Of a stretch of DNA of 64,000 bases, positions 1 through 14,000 are shown one piece after another. The translations under genes and the position numbers were made by a program. The DNA lies in the NCBI RefSeq assembly GCF_023055435.1, contig NW_025963791.1:806001-870000 (forward strand), read 5' to 3'. The DNA is from Haliotis rufescens (Eukaryota). Under the pieces are notes generated by a model. The model was given only the letters and a program-made list of their open reading frames with translations. It had not been told where the DNA came from and did no database searches. The stretch's first letter is position 1. Each line of letters starts with the position of its first letter.

Positions 1-126
1 CCTATTTTACAGGACAGCTGAAGCATGGGCAACAAGTAAAGCCCACCAATCAATGCATAAATACAACACTGACAAGAGCCAAGCACAGTTTGAACTCCTT
101 GGTGGACCTGCAGCTTTAGTCACTCT

Positions 127-2133
127 CAAGCAGTTCCCCAGTCAAACAGTTCCCCAGTCAAACAGTTCCCCAGTCAAGCGGTCCCCAAGACAAGCAGTCC
201 CCAAGTCAAACAGTTCCCCAGTCAAGCAGTCCCCCAGTCAGGTAGTCCACAAGACAAGCAGTCCCCAAGACAAGCAGTCCCCCAGTCAAGCAGTCCCCAA
301 GACAAGCAGTCCCCCAGACAAGCAGTCCCCCAGTCAAGCAGTCCCCAAGTCAAACAGTTCCCCAGTCAAACAGTCCCCCAGTCAAACAGTTCCCCAGTCA
401 GGTAGTCCCCCAGTCAAGCAGTTCCCCAGTCAAGCAGTTCCCCAGTCAAGCAGTTCCCTAGTCAAGCAGTTCCCCAGTCAAGGAGCCCCCTAGTCAAGTA
501 GTTCCCCGGTCAAGTAGTTCCCTAGTCAAGTAGTCCCCCAGTCAAGCAGTTCCCCAGTCAAGCAGTTCCCAAGTCAAGTAGTCCCCCGATCAAACAGTTC
601 CCCAGTCAAGCAGTTCCCCTCTCAAGGAGCCCCCTAGTCAAGTAGTTCCCCGGTCAAGTAGTTCCCTAGTCAAGTAGTCCCCCAGTCAAGCAGTTCCCCA
701 GTCAAGTAGTTCCCCAGTCAAGGAGCCCCCTAGTCAAGTAGTTCCCCGATCAAGTAGTTCCCTAGTCAAGTAGTCCCCCAGTCAAGCAGTTCCCAAGTCA
801 AGTAGTTCCCCAGTCAAGGAGCCCCCTAGTCAAGTAGTTCCCCGGTCAAACAGTTCCCCAGTCAAGCAGTCCCCAAGACAAGCAGTTCCCCAGTCAAACA
901 GTTCCCCAGTCAAGCAGTCCCCAAGACAAGCAGTTCCCCAGTCAGGTAGTCCACAAGACAAGCAGTCCCCAAGACAAGCAGTCCCCCAGTCAAACAGTTC
1001 CCCAGTCAGGTAGTACACAAGACAAGCAGTCCCCAAGACAAGCAGTCCCCAAGACAAGCAGTCCCCCAGTCAAACAGTTCCCCAGTCAAGCAGTCCCCAA
1101 GACAAGCAGTCCCCCAGACAAGCAGTCCCCCAGTCAAGCAGTCCCCCAGTCAAGCAGTCCCCCAGTCAAGCAGTCCCCAAGTCAAACAGTTCCCCAGTCA
1201 AGCAGTCCCCAAGACAAGCAGTCCCCCAGTCAAACAGTCCCCCAGTCAAGCAGTTCCCCAGTCAAGTAGTTCCCCAGTCAAGGAGCCCCCTAGTCAAGTA
1301 GTTCCCCGGTCAAGTAGTTCCCTAGTCAAGTAGTCCCCGAGTCAAGCAGTTCCCCAGTCAAGCAGTTCCCCAGTCAAGTAGTCCCCCAATCAAGCAGTTC
1401 CCCAGTCAAGCAGTTCCCCTCTCAAGGAGCCCCCTAGTCAAGTAGTTCCCCGGTCAAGTAGTTCCCTAGTCAAGTAGTCCCCCAGTCAAGCAGTTCCCCA
1501 GTCAAGTAGTTCCCCAGTCAAGTAGTTCCCCAGTCAAGCAGTTCCTCAGTCAAGTAGTCCCCCAGTCAAGCAGTTCCCCAGTCAAGTAGTCCCCCAGTCA
1601 AGCATTTCCCCAGTCAAGCAGTCCCCCAGTCAAGCAGTCCCCAAGACAAGTAGTTCCCCAGTCAAGCAGTTCCCCAGTCAAGTAGTTCCCCAGTCAAGGA
1701 GCCCCCTAGTCAAGTAGTTCCCCGGTCAAGTAGTTCCCTAGTCAAGTAGTCCCCGAGTCAAGCAGTTCCCCAGTCAAGCAGTTCCCCAGTCAAGTAGTCC
1801 CCCAATCAAGCAGTTCCCCAGTCAAGCAGCTCCCCTCTCAAGGAGCCCCCTAGTCAAGTAGTTCCCCGGTCAAGTAGTTCCCTAGTCAAGTAGTCCCCCA
1901 GTCAAGCAGTTCCCCAGTCAAGTAGTTCCCCAGTCAAGTAGTTCCCCGGTCAAGCAGTTCCTCAGTCAAGTAGTCCCCCAGTCAAGCAGTTCCCCAGTCA
2001 AGTAGTCCCCCAGTCAAGCATTTCCCCAGTCAAGCAGTCCCCCAGTCAAGCAGTCCCCAAGACAAGTAGTTCCCCAGTCAAGCAGTTCCCCAGTCAAGTA
2101 GTTCCCCAGTCAAGCAGTTCCCCAGTCAAGTAG
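127..2133. repeat. 16-bp minisatellite, consensus CAAGCAGTTCCCCAGT (~125 units, with variant blocks)
   Basis: Tandem units seen directly. Variant blocks (caaggagccccctagt, caagtagttccctagt) recur as higher-order repeats. Confidence 0.95.
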
Positions 2134-2254
2134 ATTTACTCAGCAATTAGAGGATGTTTGGAGAACAGCTCACAACTGCATACCCCCAAGGTAAGTCTGT
2201 GATGTGTACTGAAGCATATTGTGTTTAGAGCTGCTTAATCAGGGTGATGGATAA

Positions 2255-3155
2255 AAAGGTTAGCTAAATACAATGTTTATTCCTAATACAGGATATTTAC
2301 CATCCCCAAACACACAAGCGTGATAACCTCTTTATCATATAATGTCATTCTTTAATTCTGTGCTTGAAAATTGCTTTGCATCTCTCACAAACATTACCGA
2401 AACATTGCAAGTTATCCTGGAATGTGCGCATATATATATATTACGTCACACGGTTAGTGATGTGTCAGTCGGACAGTGACAGTAGCCAATATAGTTCCGA
2501 ATGAAATCTGTTTCTTATACAGTGGCGAAACAACATATACACAAAACAACAACTGCAGACACACGGTCTGTCCGCTAGAGTAACTGCCCTTTGTCAAAGG
2601 GAAGCTACTCTAACCTTAGTCTATGAGACGTCACGGCCAGACGTTGTTGACAGTCTGTCCTGTCATAACGTTAAGTGCAGTCAAACAGAGTGACAAAACG
2701 AAAAAATGTAACAATTCGAACATATTTCGGCCAAACCCAACTATTTTTTTTTTGAAAATGGTTCCAAGCCGCAGAGGTTTACACGCACAGATATGGCTAC
2801 TAATCTCGCTTGGCTGATGCCCTCGCAAAATTGTTTTGCAATTTATGTCTCCAAAGTTGCCAAAACTTGTAAAATGCCTTAGCTACGTCACAATTAGACA
2901 CTGATTTTTCAGTATATTAGACTATTCTTTTGATAATGACAGCAATTATCCCAGTAGTTTCTCCAAATTCCCGATGGTTAATTCTGACTCTATCGCCAAA
3001 TGACAAGGGAGATGCCATGTTTGTTTATAAACACTGAAAGTAGTCCCTACTTGACCTTTGATATTTGCATCTCTACCCGCTTTTGACCCAAACAGATATC
3101 GTGGTAATCTGTTGGCTTTATCCTGCCAAGAAACTAACCCATTATACAATAAATA
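2255..3155 (+). mobile_element. Non-autonomous element: ~830-bp body with short TIRs (TTATCATATAATG) plus a terminal module; second copy at 29347-30317
   Basis: The body is the reverse complement of 29347-30211. The module gctaaatacaatgtttattcctaa...gtgataacctct is shared with 30248-30316. Confidence 0.75.
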
Positions 3156-3410
3156 TATATATATATAGATGTGTTAGTTGTTTTATGTCTATCATTCTGT
3201 GGTAAAGAAGTAATGCTGTGGTCTACTCAATGTATATATACATACATATCCAATGTAAAGAATCTATACTATGATAGATTCCTGTTAACTTAGTGTAACC
3301 ATTAGCCAATATACACGACCTATTGTATTTGCATGAACCTAGGCAGGTTGTAAGGGATTAATTCGGAAATATATCTTTTCAGTACATGCAGATAAGTATG
3401 CGTGTATGAG

Positions 3411-5910
3411 TATGTGTAGCCTAAAGTGCATGTGTAGCCTTAAGTGCATGTGTAGCCTAAAGTGCATGTGTAGCCTAATGTGCATGTGTAGCCTAAAGTG
3501 CATGTGTAGACTTAAGTGCATGTGTAGCCTAATGTGCATGTGTAGCCTAATGTGCATGTGTAGCCTAATGTGCATGTGTTGACTTCAGTGCATCTGTAGC
3601 CTAATGTGCATGTGTAGCCTAATGTGCATGTGTAGACTTAAGTGCATGTGTAGCCTAATGTACATGTGTAGCCTGAAGTGCATGTGTAGCCTAATGTGCA
3701 TGTGTTGACTTCAGTGCATATGTAGCCTAATGTGCATGTGTAGCCTAATGTGCATGTGTAGACTTAAGTGCATGTGTAGACTTAAGTGCATGTGTAGCCT
3801 AATGTGCATGTGTAGACTTAAGTGCATGTGTACCCTTATGTGCATGTGTAGCCTAATGTGCATGTGTTGACTTAAGTGCATGTGTAGCCTAAAGTGTATT
3901 TGTAGCCTCAAGTGCATGTGTGGCCTAAAGTGCATGTGCAGCCTAATGTGCATGTGTAGCCTAATGTGCATGTGTAGCCTAAAGTGCATGTGTAGCCTAG
4001 TTGCCTAAAGTGCATGTGTAGCCTAAAAGGCATGTGTACCCTAATGTGCATGTGTAGGCTTATGTGCATGTGTAGCCTAATGTGCATGTGTAGCCTAATG
4101 TGCATGTGTAGTATAATGTGCATGTGTAGCCTAAAGTGCATGTGTAGACTTAAGTGCATGTGTAGCCTAAAGTGTATGTGTAGCCTAAAGTGCATGTGTC
4201 GCCTAAAGTGCATGTGTAGCCTAAAGTGTATTTGTAGCCTCAAGTGCATGTGTAGCCTAAAGTGCATGTGCAGCCTAATGTGCATGTGTAGCCTAAAGTG
4301 CATGTGTAGCCTAAAAGGCATGTGTACCCTAATGTGCATGTGTAGCCTAATGTGTATGTGTAGCATAATGTGCATGTGTAGCATAATGTGCATGTGTAGC
4401 CTAATGTGCATGTGTAGCCTAATGTGTATGTGTAGCATAATGTGCATGTGTAGCCTAAAGTGCATGTGTAGACTTAAGTGCATGTGTAGCCTAAAGTGTA
4501 TGTGTAGCCTAAAGTGCATGTGTCGCCTAATGTGCATGTGTAGCCTAAAGTGTATTTGTAGCCTCAAGTGCATGTGTAGCCTAAATTGCATGTGCAGCCT
4601 AATGTGCATGTGTAGCCTAAAGTGCATGTGTAGCCTAGTTGCCTAAAGTGCATGTGTAGCCTAAAAGGCATGTGTACCCTAATGTGCATGTGTAGGCTTA
4701 TGTGCATGTGTAGCCTAATGTGCATGTGTAGCCTAATGTGCATGTGTAGCCTAAAGTGCATGTGTAGACTTAAGTGCATGTGTAGCCTAAAGTGTATGTG
4801 TAGCCTAAAGTGCATGTGTAGACTTAAGTGCATGTATAGCCTAATGTGCATGTGTAGACTTAAGTGCATGTGTAGGCTTATGTGCAGCCTAATGTGCATG
4901 TGTAGCCTTAAGTGCATGTGTAGACTTAAGTGCATGTGTAGCCTAATGTGCATGTGTAGCCTAAAGTGCATGTGAAGCCTAATGTGCATGTGAAGCCTAA
5001 AGTGCATGTGTAGCCTAAAGTGCATGTGTAGCCTAATGTGCATGTGTTGACTTCAGTGCATCTGTAGCCTAATGTGCATGTGTAGCCTAATGTGCATGTG
5101 TAGCCTAGAGTGCATGTGTAGACTTAAGTGCATGTGTAGCCTAATATGCATGTGTAGACTTAAGTGCATGTGTACCCTTATGTGCATGTGTAGCCTAATG
5201 TGCATGTGTAGACTTAAGTGCATGTGTAGCCTAAACTACATGCGTAGCCTAATGTGCATGTTAAGACTTAAGTGCATGTGTAGCCTAATGTGCATGTGTA
5301 GACTTAAGTGCATGTGTAGCCTAAAGTGCATGTGTAGACTTAAGTGCATGTGTAGCCTAATGTGGATGTGTAGCCTAAAGTGCATGTGTAGCCTAATGTG
5401 CATGTGTTGACTTCAGTGCATCTGTAGCCTAATGTGCATGTGTAGCCTAATGTGCATCTGTAGACTTAAGTGCATGTGTAGCCTAATGTGCATGTGTTGA
5501 CTTCAGTGCATCTGTAGCCTAATGTGCATGTGTAGCCTAATGTGCATGTGTAGACTTAAGTGCATGTGTAGCCTAATGTGCATGTGTAGCCTAATGTGCA
5601 TGTGTAGACTTAAGTGCATGTGTAGACTTAAGTGCATGTGTAGCCTAATGTGCATGTGTAGACTTAAGTGCATGTGTACCCTTATGTGCATGTGTAGCCT
5701 AATGTGCATGTGTTGACTTAAGTGCATGTGTAGCCTAAACTACATGCGTAGCCTAATGTGCATGTGAAGAATTAAGTGCATGTGTAGCCTAATGTGCATG
5801 TGTAGACTTAAGTGCATGTGTAGCCTAATGTGCATGTGTAGAATTAAGTGCATGTGTAGAATTAAGTGCATGTGTAGCCTAATGTGCATGTGTAGACTTA
5901 AGTGCATGTG
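3411..5910. repeat. 18-bp minisatellite, consensus GTGCATGTGTAGCCTAAT, with higher-order structure
   Basis: Tandem units seen directly. They generate the artefactual HMHIRL/MCMCSL ORFs. Confidence 0.97.
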
Positions 5911-6772
5911 TGAAGGTGTGTGCATGCAATGAAGTATGTATGTAGAATGAAATGTACTACGTATTGAGTTGATGTTTAAAGACATCTCAAGCACATGTGT
6001 TATTTGTGTACCTATATGTAGATGATCATGTGGTACCATGTATGTTTACTTATTGAACCGATCCTTACAGGACTGCACGAGTAACTGTTGGATCGTGAAA
6101 CCCTAGGTCCACCCACCTGGCAGGTGTTTCGTATCCTGGTTCATGTCAGTGTATCAGTGTGCATATATTGACCAGTGTCACATAAAGGTTACTGATTCAG
6201 ATAGTCATGACAGATGTGTTATATACATCCGGGGTTTATTTATTTAAGAAATAAACGACCACAAGTCATTTATTTCTTCCATGAGATATCCACATTTTGT
6301 ACAGCCTCTTTAACATGTTTAAGGATGTTCATAAAATGTACAAGCTTTAACAATATTGACCCATATTTAGATAATGATGACTGAATATAATCTCGGCAAT
6401 AACGGACAAGTCCCTTTTAAGAACAGGGGGGGTAAAGTTTGGTATTTCCCTGATACTCTCACAATTTCCATGGCGATTATCTGCACCATTTCTCTCAATA
6501 CCAACTGTCATCTCTCCCACTTTTGAATGCGATCATCTGCCACTGCATTCATCTGTGTTGCCCAGCTACATCTATGGGGAATAACTCACTAGACACTTCC
6601 CTTTAAAAAAATAATATCATCGAATTTACATCATGAAGTTGCAAGTGTTTGTTCAAATCTCCAGAAACAACATCATGATAGAACAATTTTTTATCATGAA
6701 ATAAACCACACTTCATTCTTCGTGATTTATATCTTAGCTATATATCATATAATGTGATATCTGTAGCATGTA

Positions 6773-6971
6773 TTGTTTGTTGTTTAACGCCGCACCCAGC
6801 AATATGACAGCGGTTTGTCAATTATCAATTCTGGACCAGACAATCCGGTGATTGATGTCATGAGCATTGATCAGCGCAATAGGGATACGATGAGATGCAT
6901 CAACCAAGTCTGCAAGCTTGAGCACCCGATCCTGTTAGTCACCTCTAACATAAAGCATGGGTTGCTGAAGA
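6773..6971 (-). mobile_element. SINE family B (RUDI-like mollusc SINE), degenerate copy
   Basis: Matches the reverse complement of 12663-12923 and the other copies. Confidence 0.7.
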
Positions 6972-8092
6972 CGTGGATGAGTCTTGGTTGATGACAGGAT
7001 ACCTCCTCAGATTAATATTGTTCACTGATTGTTTGGGGGTTTTAAGTATAAGGAGGGAATTGCACATTGGCAGATTTGTCCCAGAAAAATAAATGCACCA
7101 TCAGCTCACACATTGTAGCCTTGTGGTTTTCATTCCCAAGTCCCATGCTACTACAGTAATACACAGGAGTACTATATTAAAGTGTAAGTAAATGGCATAG
7201 GTGTTTTGTTCAGAGGTCAGGAAGACACCCCAGTCTCACCCACAGGGTAGATGCTCTTTGTATTCCATGTACAGTCTGTTTTATATTTGTGTAACATATT
7301 AAATGTGTCATGCCATAATTATCATGTGAACTATTTCTATTACTAGTAATATATATATTTATCATACCTCCATGTCAGATTGTGATGAGATTGGTTCACG
7401 TGATCTTAATCCAATACTATCTATCACGCCTGGGAGGAAAATATAAATCCCTTATACCCCACTACAAACACGACAGGCTGCACATGGATTTCTGAGCAGG
7501 AGAATAATATTATTTTTTTGAATTCTTTCACAATGGCAGATTATGACATTTTTAGGGTATATGATATGTACCTATTTATCATATGGATGTAGTATGTAAG
7601 AGATTCATAATCGTCATAATTACCCATGTTTTGTGTTATCTAGTTTGGCTCTTACGCCAATTGTCAGCTTCCTGTACATTTAACAGCTACTGTAAGAGGA
7701 AAACCATTTTGTCTTGTTAAACCGATACCACTGTGATAATGTTGATGACTAGAATATGTACACTGTTCATATTACTCATTCCTTTCAGTGTGTAAATTAT
7801 GTTCATCTGTTGGTGGCATAAAACATCTCACTCTGTAGTTTTTGTCTTCTTTGCACATTCTGCTACATTATTACAAGATGCTAAAAGTGCATTCAAAATG
7901 TACCTGCCAATCAAAAACTTCATTATATCATGTTAAGTCAGTGGGCTAGCTGATTTCACACAGGCCAACAGATAGTTTGATTGGTACCATATAGTGATGC
8001 TGTTACTAATTTACTGTTAAGCACCAATATGGGAGCCCAAAAGCACACAACAGTAATTACCCCGAGGTGTACTGACAGTGCATGTCACTCAC

Positions 8093-11000
8093 TATTTGGG
8101 CACTTCTCCTCTCTGGTAGTTCTGCAATGTGTCCTCGTCTTTCTTCTTCATGTCATCTAATGCTGTAAGACTTGGAGCTCGCTGCATCTTGGTGTGTTTC
8201 ACTGAGCGCCCATTTAGTTTGATGAAGTCGACATCACGTCGGATAAGCTCGATCTGATCAAACAGTATGTATACTGTTAACATGGTCATGTCTTTACATA
8301 CAATCAATCCCTGTTAATCCACATAGCAACAGGTAAACAAGTCCAGATTAAAGGAAAAGTAACAATTGACAAGTTCAAGAGGTTCTATGTAAAACACCAA
8401 AAAAACTTGAAATACGACAGCAAATAGGATTATTTCAACATGGTTTATTGACTGGTATTTGCCGGTTTCCATATATCACACAAGTCATATATACACCTGT
8501 GTGACATGGTTCAGATTAAGGGAGCACCCATTGTATTTTCATGGCCTATGTATGTTAAATAAATAACCATAACTTTATTGCATACAAAACATGTTCAAGT
8601 GCTGCACCATATCATGATGGTATTAATACTCATGTTGGTTCACACTTAATTTAATAACCTTGGCTGGTTGCTTGGGGTGAAAGATTCCCCAATCTAAAGA
8701 TACTCTGAGATTCTCCCAAGACCAGTTTGTCCTCCCGCCCGGTCCCGATCCCGATGCTTGAGGCCAGAGTCGCTTGTGGCAATATTGTATACCTGCTATG
8801 TATTTAGATCACATCAGTGTATAACACAGTGATCCCACGCTATTGTGCTCTTCGATCAAGCGCTACCTCGGTTACTACGCGCGGTACCGCATGGCTCCCA
8901 AAATTTATGTACACTTTTATTACTGAGAGTTTTACACAGACATAATTGTATTGTTGTTCGTTGTTCATTTGCACATAACGCTTCTCATTGCATAATCAAC
9001 CGTTTATCGCTGAATGGAGTTCTAATAATCTGTTTGAAAACATCCGCGGCAAGTCCCGGAAATACGATTGTTTAACTTTTCACACTATACATCCTTTGAT
9101 CTTAGAAGCGCATGCATGCAATAAAAGAGAACCACAAGAGAAGTTTATATTCTTAATTAGTTGGCAATACAATTTGAGACGACACTGTCACACACTTGTA
9201 GTTGCTGTCACAACACAGCGGTCATTCATTTCGTAATCGTGCTTTCGTAACATCGCCTGTTTTTTTTCCGTAGTTATAACAAGCGATTTCATTGGATTAA
9301 AATTTGTTTCTAATGACGCTTTCTTGTCGAAATCTGCTACAAGTTTCGTGATTGGTCAATTTTGAGCACGTGACCTAAGGCAGCCAATCAAATTATAGTT
9401 GTGATACCAAGCTCGTGTTTGATAAATTTCAGAAGTTGGCGAAAGATTTTTGTTAAATCGTGTTATTCTGAACGTTTTAAGCAGGAAATCACGATATATA
9501 TTAAAAATATGGAACTTCGCGAATGTATGGTGCTAGGTTACGAGCTGTGACAAAGATTTTTCATGCATAAATTTTTGCATTAAACGTTGTGTCACAGCCG
9601 AGAATTCAAGGCGACGAAAGCCGAGATGTCATTTGACTTACATTACACGCGATCGCACGAAACGATGCAAATAATAACTTAGATGTAAGTTTGATTACTT
9701 TTAGATATATTTTTGTTGATTTTATTCATCACTTTGTATAATATATTTAAAGATTTGCTTAAAAGTCTTTATTTTGCTCTTTGACATGTTCGATGCGGAC
9801 CCGTTGTCGAAATTTGTGTCCGAGAATTTTATTTTCAATAACATCGCAGGAAATAGTGAATAATTTTTTAATTTATCGATAAAAAATTATAAATTGAAAT
9901 GGAATACGTATTTCAGACATTGTGAAATGTGACAGATTTAATAAATGAATGATATTCCAGGTAGATCTAGGTCCATAAAAATATATTCTATTTTGACCTG
10001 ACGTGAGATAAACACATATTGATGATTTGAGATTTGCTGAGCGCGCTCCCCCGCCTCGGCCTCGGCCAAACGGCTCATCGTCTATAATGCCCACCAATTA
10101 TTTGGACCCCATTGGTAGCGTTGTAGCGAGGGACCACTGTAGTACTGACTAGTTTATTATCAGTGTTGCTAACTTGTGACTTTTCGCCTGTTTGACATAT
10201 CTCATGCTTTATTGCTTAGTTTAAATAAATCTTTTTTGACAATTATGAGTGGGTTCCTCCATGGGTGAGGTCTATCATGTGTACACTTTCACAAAAGTCT
10301 TACATTTTTGGCATCTGCTGCAGGAGGGACGGAGACCGCTGGGTCTGGCGTACACGGTCGAGATTCAAGCTTCACTGGGGGACCTGCTCGTGAGTGGGCG
10401 CGGAGGTAGTTAGCTGAGTGTGGTCTCGGTGCTGAAGGAGGCCTCTGCAAAATTTGAAGGCAGGATAAAATGTGTGACTTTTCTTAACTACCATGGCCCC
10501 TGTTTCACAAAGACCTGGGCCCATGGTCATGTTCTATCTGCTACACATGCTTGAGGCTGTGGACCGTAGGGAACCAGCCTTTCCACGATGAGTAAATGTC
10601 ACTGAGGTTGAGACGTGCAAGTCAACACTATTTCAGCTAAATCTCATTGACACATTGACATCTAGCTGTGTTACCATGGTGACCAAGTTCTATACACATT
10701 GTGTTGAGTATGATCAGCTAACATAATTAGAAATATGACACAAGATTAGGCACTGGGGATTCTACCCTAAACTGATAAATCATGGGAATCATCTTCATGA
10801 GGCAAGTTAACTGACTGTAAAGGTTCAGTTTCCACACTTGCCGAAATAGGCTTGAATTATGGAGTTATATTTCAGCTGGACTAACAAGTCTGTGCATGTT
10901 CCAATCAAAATCCCATAGTGCAGATTTCAGTCAGTTGCAGGATTCGAAAGAATGTGCACACCCAACTCAGCATCAACAGATATTTTCCAAATCTTTTCAA

Positions 11001-14000
11001 GTTTTTAAATCAAGGTGCTCACATAATTTGATGAGCTTTGCGAAGTAGGACCTGTTTTGTTACAATATTGATCTTGATTATCGATCAGAATGTCCTGACT
11101 GGGTGCTGCCATTTTGTTTGAAACAAATGCATGTAAAATGAGAGGTGGAATCTGGTCAAATAACTCATAATAGCCACTGGTGGCGCTATGATCGAACCCA
11201 GAAATTCCAGCCTAGTCCGGCAAGTGTGGAAACTGGACTTTTACAGTCAGTTAACTCCCTTGCCTCAGGAAGATGTGTGGGAAAATAAAAGGACCTGATA
11301 CATATTTTCACAACCAAAAGAAAGGCAAATACCATACATGTCGGTTAATATATGAAGAATCACTGTCATGTTCAAGAGAACAGTCATGTGTTTATGTGAC
11401 GTAATAGATCCATGACTCCAGATGTGTCATTTGTCTGGTGCAGGATTAGCATGTAACGGTTGGAAATCATGTGCCGCAACACATCATGATAAGTATAATT
11501 TAAAGAATAATCTTGACTGATAGTTAGTTTTGTCATGAAATGGTACACATTGGAAACATCTCTTCTTAACTTACATACTTCTCCATGGGTTTCTTTGGTT
11601 CGCCTATCTTTTGATAGTGAGAATAAATATTATCTGCTAACCTCAATATCATCCTTGATCTTTGACTGTACTTCTGAGAACTTGGCTGACTTCCACATGA
11701 CCTTGACCGGCTGCTGCGATTCCTGCTCCCTTTGTTTACTTCGTCTCTGTATCTGCCGCATGCGGCGGACATTTTCCTGGACATGGTCCTTGGATCTGGA
11801 CCCTTCAAATAAACAAACATTCATGTCACTGTTACATGGTCAGGACATGATACAAATCACAATAATATGTTCCCAATACAACATGATCCAATACCGATCA
11901 TCACGTCACAGCATATCAAAATGATATTGTGAAACCATTTTGTTTTAATATTATAAAACATGTAAGACTAATCATGTTATTGGCAATATGTACAAAGTAA
12001 AACAATAGCTGATAATGTTTTCACATTATTGTTCAAGACTAGTGAGTGAGTTGGGTTTAACGCCGCTTTTAACAGTATTCAAGTTATATCACAGTGTGTC
12101 AGCTTAATGTGGGAGGAAAGCCCGAAATGATGCAGGTCTCAGACATTTACCACTTGGGTGAAACCCACGAGCACGGGTATGGTGCTGACAAACTTAGAAA
12201 CATAATTGGGGCAAACTGAAATACACATATTTTTTAAGTAATAAACGACGAGTGGGAGTTGTCAATTTCTAATATGAAATAATCATTGTCCGACATTGCC
12301 GAGGTCAGATTCTATTCAGGGAGTCATCATTATTTAAATACAGGGAAATATTTTTATAACTCGTACATTTTATTAAAATCCTTAACATGCTTAAAGAGGC
12401 TGTACATAATGTTGATATGTGATATCAGAAATATACAACAAGTAGGAGTTGTTTTATGAGCCCCTCATCATGCTCATCATTCTCCCTGCATTGTTCTATT
12501 GTACAATAAACAACTCTCACTCATCGTTTATTTCTTAATTAATACACAGCTAGCTCACTGCTGCCTTGAGCCATCGCACAAGGATGGTGTTACTACATAT
12601 ACTATGAGAAGGTAACTGGGAGCGCTGGCTACCATTGGATACAATGGGTTTTTATATTCGTTAGACCTGTGAAGATTCCGAGGTAGAATAGGTCTTCAGC
12701 AACCCATGCTTCCCGTAAAAGGTGACAATGCTTGTTGTAAAAGGCAACTAACGGGATTGAGTGGTCAGGGTCGCTGACCTGGTTGATATATGTCATTGAT
12801 CCCAATTGCGTGGATCGATGCTCATGATATTAATCACTGGATTGTCTGGTCCAGACTCGATTATTTACAGACCGCTGTCATATAGCTGGAATATTGCTGA
12901 GTGTGACTTAAACAACCAACCAGTTAAAAAACCAACCAATTATATTTGTTAATCTCATTAAAATCCAATCTTAGTGCTTGTAACTGCTTCACAAAGATCT
13001 GAGCACATCCCATTACAGGTTCCATCAGACCGAGCAATGAAAAGACAAACAAGAAGTTGACATTAGTCGAGCAAAATGCAGCTTTCTCGAGCTTTGTGGC
13101 CCTAGTTTCAAACTGGCAACTTCTCTTCCAGACTACACTTTGAAATATATTTTGAGAAAGTTCTTGATTCAAAATTTGACAACTGAATAAAAGAGTAAGT
13201 GAGTATGGTTTTACGCCACTTTTAGCAATATTCCAGCAATGTCACGGCGGGGGACACCAGAAATGGGCTTCACACATTGTACCCATGTCTGGATTCGAAC
13301 CCGGGTCTTCGGCGTGACGAGCGAACACTTTAACCACAAGGCTACCCGACCGCCCCCTGAATAAAAGAAAGATGCCACAGACATGACAGAGCTCAGAAAC
13401 GACAAGCTGTACAAAATATCCACAAGAAGGTAATGGCACGACTATCATCATGTACCTTTGTGAAAGGTTGTTTAAGCTCATTTACTCTCACTAGTACATG
13501 TAGTATAGAAGCCTCAATGCTGATTGGCTGATCAGAAAGTTCACCTGACACAACCTTCCATGGAGGATCTAGCACACATAGGTATTGTGTCAGAGTAAAA
13601 GATCTCATAAGACTGATGTTCTGATGCAAGGGTGCATGTGGACAAGAAGGGTCAGTGACATTATTATGTTTGTTGTTTGATGGAGCACTCTGCAACATAT
13701 GACGGCAGTCTGTAAATAATCAAGTCTGGACCAGACAATCCATTGACTGACATCAAGAGCCTCTATCTATGCAATTGGGATACGATGACATGCATCAACA
13801 TAGTCAGTGAGGCTGACCACCCGATCCTGTTAGTCACCTCTTATGACAAGTGTAGTTGCCCTTTATGGGCAAGCATGAGTTGCTGAAGACCTATTCTAAC
13901 CTGGATCTTCTCTGGACCTGACATTATGTATAATGTATGGTAAAATTGATATAAAGTACCGGTATTACAAAAGATTGAGGGATTGCACTTTGTCTTTGAA

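Noticed and set aside
3339-6039. His-rich and Cys/Met-rich ORFs as metal-binding proteins
   Set aside because: They are translations of an 18-bp satellite with no splice or homology support.
6230-6410. AT-rich repeat related to 12240-12540
   Set aside because: Homology is visible, but it is too degenerate to define ends or class.
11566-11820. Arg/Ser-rich 84-aa ORF as a protamine-like protein
   Set aside because: Alternative frame of the ENKD1 exon 11802-11642.
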